Origin: a bacterium
GTDB taxonomy: Bacteria > Zhuqueibacterota > Zhuqueibacteria > Oceanimicrobiales > Oceanimicrobiaceae
DNA length: 50,677 bases
Direction: 5' to 3'
NCBI GenBank assembly: GCA_046757025.1
Contig: JBHHXN010000018.1
Location: 1-50,677 of the forward strand
Within the stretch, counting starts at the first letter, position 1; each line of letters opens with the position of its first letter. Positions 46,778 through 50,677 of this stretch are shown here, piece by piece. Position numbers and translations under genes: made by a program. Under the pieces are notes generated by a model. That model was given only the letters and a program-made list of their open reading frames with translations, was not told the origin of the DNA and made no database searches.

Positions 46778-48634
46778 ATGGCTGTGATTTCTAAATCGTT
46801 TACTAAAATTGCATTAACGTTTTCACTGCTTGTGCTATCAACCTGCCTCAATCTTGTGAATGCCCAGATGGGTTATTGGGACGCCATTCGCACCGAAGAC
46901 CACTATTTTATCGTGCTGAAGCGAGCCAATCAGTTGAATTTCAAATTAGATTTCGAATACCCCTTCCTGCAACTGCTCACGCAAGAGCAGAAACAACACT
47001 ACCTGCAATTGAACAGCCTGGAGGCGCGCAAATCGTTCATGGCTCTTTACTGGCGGATTACCGATCCTAACCCTTTACTCCCCGAGCACGAATGGTTGCG
47101 AGAGTTCATCGCCCGTTGCAGATTTGTAAAAAAGAACTTTCCATCAAACCAGGCGCCCTATTTTGACGACCGCGGAAAATTTTATCTGCGATTCGGCGCA
47201 CCCACCCTGCGCTACACCGACCCGGGCGGATTGAAGAATCTGGATTTTTCCTTTTTTGCCATTCTCAAAGAACTTTACACTTCCCCGCCTGCAAACAATT
47301 ACAGCGTGCCAGCCAATGAAACCTGGGAATATCAACTACCGCAGCAAACATTCTTAGTACACTTCGTCAAACTGAGCGAGGCCTTTAAAGTCGTCCCTAA
47401 TCTATCTGCGCTGCTGCGCAGTCAAAACAGCAAAAACCACACCTGGCAATGGTTTGATCTAATCTACGACCGCAGCGCGTTTATTCCGGAATTTACCGAA
47501 GCCGCGTCCTTTCTTGACAGATTAACTTCGCGATTGACGCAAATCAGGGATTCCCTGACTGTGGCCGAAACCATGCGTCGGGCCAATCTCAGCACCGACA
47601 TCCGCACCACCCTCGCCGGCACCGTGAACGGGAAATCCGGCTCCGGCAGCAATGCGAGCGGCGGTTTCTTTTTAAAATCCAAAGGCCGGATAGGCGGTTT
47701 GCCGCCTCAAGAAAAATTAACGGAATATATAAAGCTGTTCCAGCTCAAGGCCATGTACGCCAATGAAAATATGCCAGGCACTTTTTATCAACCCAAAGCC
47801 GCCATCAAAGAAATCCACTTTTCTCATGATTTCACTCAGTTTCGTGGAGAAAACGGTAAGACGAAATTAGATATCACCTTTTTTGTGCCGCTACGGGACA
47901 ACCTCATCAAAAACTCACAACAGGCTTCTCTGGATTCCGTGGTGGTCCAATTCAAATGTCTGTTGCGCGATCAGTCTTTTCAGCCGCTCATCGAAGTGGG
48001 TTCGGTAAAAAAGCTGGTTCAGCCAGCGAACTGGCCTGAGGCCATGACCAACGGCGTCGAAAAGGTGAATTTGTTTGCTCCGGCCGGAAAAAGCGAGATC
48101 ACCCTGCAGGTGCAAAATCAACACAGCGGCGTGCTGGGTTTCAACAAGCTGCCTTTAATAATTCGGGATTTCAGCGGTTCCACTCTTCAGCTCAGCGACA
48201 TTCAACTGCTGACGGAAAGACCCAACCGTGAATTCAACCAATTTCTGCCGTCGGTTAAAATTCACCAGTTGCTGCTGACGCCCTACTCCGCCGCGGAAAT
48301 AATCAGGACGCAGCCCCTGTTTTGTTATTTTGAAATTTATAATTTGCACTCTCTTTCCAACACCGTGGAATTTGAAATTGAATTGCAAATCTTCAAATTG
48401 GATAAAAAGCAAACGGCCGCAAACCCGCAAAACCGGCTGACGGATTTGCCCGCCGAGGCGATTCTGAGCATAAAAAACCGCCGCACCCTCACCGAACTAA
48501 GCGCTAACGAATTCATCGCCATCGATTTAAGCAAATTGCAAATCGGCCGGCATGTACTGCAAATCACGGTACGCGACCCCAACCGCGCCCAAATATCGGC
48601 ATCGGTGAAGAAAGCAATCACCATTATCGACTGA
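46778..48634 (+). CDS. GWxTD-domain-like exported protein
   Basis: Signal peptide; YWRITDPNPLLPEHE...R..FV...F, FDDRGKFYLRFGAP, NETWEY; LQLSDIQL, FCYFEIYNL Ig-like C-terminus. Confidence 0.75.
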   Translation: MAVISKSFTKIALTFSLLVLSTCLNLVNAQMGYWDAIRTEDHYFIVLKRANQLNFKLDFEYPFLQLLTQEQKQHYLQLNSLEARKSFMALYWRITDPNPLLPEHEWLREFIARCRFVKKNFPSNQAPYFDDRGKFYLRFGAPTLRYTDPGGLKNLDFSFFAILKELYTSPPANNYSVPANETWEYQLPQQTFLVHFVKLSEAFKVVPNLSALLRSQNSKNHTWQWFDLIYDRSAFIPEFTEAASFLDRLTSRLTQIRDSLTVAETMRRANLSTDIRTTLAGTVNGKSGSGSNASGGFFLKSKGRIGGLPPQEKLTEYIKLFQLKAMYANENMPGTFYQPKAAIKEIHFSHDFTQFRGENGKTKLDITFFVPLRDNLIKNSQQASLDSVVVQFKCLLRDQSFQPLIEVGSVKKLVQPANWPEAMTNGVEKVNLFAPAGKSEITLQVQNQHSGVLGFNKLPLIIRDFSGSTLQLSDIQLLTERPNREFNQFLPSVKIHQLLLTPYSAAEIIRTQPLFCYFEIYNLHSLSNTVEFEIELQIFKLDKKQTAANPQNRLTDLPAEAILSIKNRRTLTELSANEFIAIDLSKLQIGRHVLQITVRDPNRAQISASVKKAITIID

Positions 48635-48749
48635 TTGGTTAAACAACGCCCAGAATTCATGTTCACGCTGACACGCGATGGCCGGTTTTCATGATTTGCA
48701 CCGATGAGGCTCATTACCGGTAGAATTTGCTCAACATTATGGAGCTATT

Positions 48750-50477
48750 TTGAAACCGTCTTTTCTATTATTTTTCCTTTTGATGGCGCAGGCCGAACCG
48801 ACGCCAGCGCAAACAGCACGGGTGGATTCCATCCAATCTGAAAAAAATTATTTTTCATTGGTTTCCACCTTGCAAGGGCCGTCTTTCCAAAGAGAAATTG
48901 AATATCCATTTTTCTTGATTTTGGATGATTCGCAAAAAAGTTATTTTGACTCTCTGCAAACACTTGCTGCAAAAAAAGCGTTTATCATAAGTTACTGGCG
49001 TCAAAACGATCCGAACCCCCTGCTGCCGGAAAACGAATGGCTGCTAGAATTTATCCGACGGCAAAATTACGTCAGATTGCACTTTGCTCAAACACAACCG
49101 CCTTTTTTCGACGCACGCGGGGGCTACTACCTGAAATTCGGCGCGCCGCAATTTCGCTTCATCGATGCAGGCGGCGCCAAAACCCTGGACCCATTCACCT
49201 ATCGCACACTTCTGAATTTTTACAAGGCCCCACCGGCGGAAAGGTATTCTGTTCTACCCAATGAAAGTTGGGGTTATGAAGACATTCACGAGGGACTGTT
49301 TGTGCATTTTGTTCAAATCGATTCCGCATATCAGGAAATCGAGAGTTTGTCGGAAATCCTGAACACAACTAAAACCAACGAGCGTTTTTGGTATTGGCAT
49401 TCTCTGATCAAGGAACGCGCCGCCATCTCTCCGCAAGTGTATAAAATCTTTTTGAAAAATGAAAGCTACCTGGAACAACTGGATTTGATCGCTCACGGGG
49501 CTTCACCCAATTTGTACGATGACACTCAGCTCGGGGGTCCATTCCAGCCCCACACATTTATTTCGGAGCAAAAAGATCGTCTCGCGCTGGCCGCCCAGCA
49601 TACCCGATACCAATTACCAGATGCGGCATTTCAGCCCCACAAAGCCGTCAGTCGATTTGAGTTCACTGACGACGTTGCGCAATTCCGCGCCGAAAATGGC
49701 AAAACCAGATTGGCCGTTTCCATCCGGTCTGCTTTTCAAAATAACCTCGTTCACGGCTCATCTGCGGCTTCAGATGACACCCTGCACCTGCAATTTCGCT
49801 GTCGATTACGAAATGTGTTTTCCGACTCTCTGACCGAATCACAGTGGCAGACGACTCTTCCGCTAATGTCAGCCGCTGCCGAAAATCTGCCTAATTTCCT
49901 CGCTAGTATCAATCTATTGGTAGCGCCCACCGAAGGTGAGCTGATCCTGCAGATCAAAGATTTAAAAAACCATAAAATTGGATTTTACAAAAAATCCATA
50001 GATGTGCGTGACTTTAACCAACCGCACCTGATGCTGAGCGACCTGCAATTGTTCACGGAAGCGAGCACACCCAGCTTGCAGCAAATCCTGCCAGTAACCG
50101 AAATCCTTTCCCTAAAACTGGCGCCCTATCCGCTGTCGCACATTGAACCTGCCTGGCCGGTGTTTTGTTATTTTGAGATTTACAATATCCGGAATGCCGG
50201 CATAAAAAATGCTTTTGAAATTCAACTAACCATTTCAAGATTACCGGTGCGTGAAAACATCCTGAGCAAAGTTTCAAATTTGTTTGCCCGTTCCGTCGAC
50301 GAAATTTTGAGTATTAAAAATGTGCAAGCGGTGAGCGAGAACACCGCGCGCGAAATCATGAACATCGATTTTAGCAAAATTGCCGCCGGTTCTTACCTGC
50401 TGGAAATAACCGTTCGCGACACCGAAAATGAAAACCTCACTGCCAGAGGGCAAAAAGTCATCGAGGTAACGAATTAA
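48750..50477 (+). CDS. Second GWxTD-domain-like exported protein (paralog)
   Basis: YWRQNDPNPLLPENE, FDARGGYYLKFGAP, NESWGY, LMLSDLQL, FCYFEIYNI; TTG start after GGAG. Confidence 0.75.
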   Translation: MKPSFLLFFLLMAQAEPTPAQTARVDSIQSEKNYFSLVSTLQGPSFQREIEYPFFLILDDSQKSYFDSLQTLAAKKAFIISYWRQNDPNPLLPENEWLLEFIRRQNYVRLHFAQTQPPFFDARGGYYLKFGAPQFRFIDAGGAKTLDPFTYRTLLNFYKAPPAERYSVLPNESWGYEDIHEGLFVHFVQIDSAYQEIESLSEILNTTKTNERFWYWHSLIKERAAISPQVYKIFLKNESYLEQLDLIAHGASPNLYDDTQLGGPFQPHTFISEQKDRLALAAQHTRYQLPDAAFQPHKAVSRFEFTDDVAQFRAENGKTRLAVSIRSAFQNNLVHGSSAASDDTLHLQFRCRLRNVFSDSLTESQWQTTLPLMSAAAENLPNFLASINLLVAPTEGELILQIKDLKNHKIGFYKKSIDVRDFNQPHLMLSDLQLFTEASTPSLQQILPVTEILSLKLAPYPLSHIEPAWPVFCYFEIYNIRNAGIKNAFEIQLTISRLPVRENILSKVSNLFARSVDEILSIKNVQAVSENTAREIMNIDFSKIAAGSYLLEITVRDTENENLTARGQKVIEVTN

Positions 50478-50677
50478 ACTGACCATGCGGCCGGATTAAT
50501 ATGGTTATTCTACCTGGCCCCCTCGAAGGGGATTGAGAGAGGGGACTTGCACAATTTCTCATCCAGATTTTTTCAACCGGATACTCATGATTTCAATAAT
50601 CAATTACTCAAGTTTCGCTGTCAGATAATTTAAACAAAAACAAATGAGGTCCGGCCGATGAATTCGTATTTAAGCAA

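Noticed and set aside
1..50677. CRISPR array, rRNA, tRNA, transposase or integrase
   Set aside because: No regularly spaced direct repeats, RNA-gene signatures or recombinase motifs were seen

Overview
A 50.7 kb, gene-dense bacterial chromosomal segment. The FlgD/T9SS-A-type C-terminal domain, GWxTD-like proteins, DUF5916 barrels and TonB suggest a diderm FCB-group organism such as KSB1 (inference). The left half is all on the minus strand. It carries a two-ORF Eco57I-like restriction-modification locus cut by the window edge, and an N-heterocycle-catabolism-like gene set (XDH-family S-L-M, NCS1 transporter, cyclase, CaiB CoA-transferase, amidase). That set is interrupted by an AT-rich BglII-type R-M pair and by tricorn protease, GNAT and TonB genes. 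Further on are a lipoprotein with a sigma54-like promoter and an ArsR-led mercury operon (arsR-merT-merP-merA-[40-aa TM peptide ending CCF]-merB). The right half holds two tandem DUF5916 outer-membrane proteins and the most interesting locus: GGT, 7TM (transglutaminase-associated/CapC-like), non-canonical Ddl-like ATP-grasp ligase, AlgE-like export barrel, then a KamA-family aminomutase whose substrate residues do not look lysine-type. I propose this locus makes and exports an amino-acid polymer or peptide. It is followed by a REC-6xPAS-2xGAF histidine kinase, a choice-of-anchor-B protein, a carboxypeptidase-regulatory-domain protein and two GWxTD-like paralogs. Intergenic regions contain several MITE/REP-like palindromes and a ~130-nt hairpin. 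I found no rRNA, tRNA, CRISPR array or transposase. All calls are by-eye motif recognition, with no database searches.
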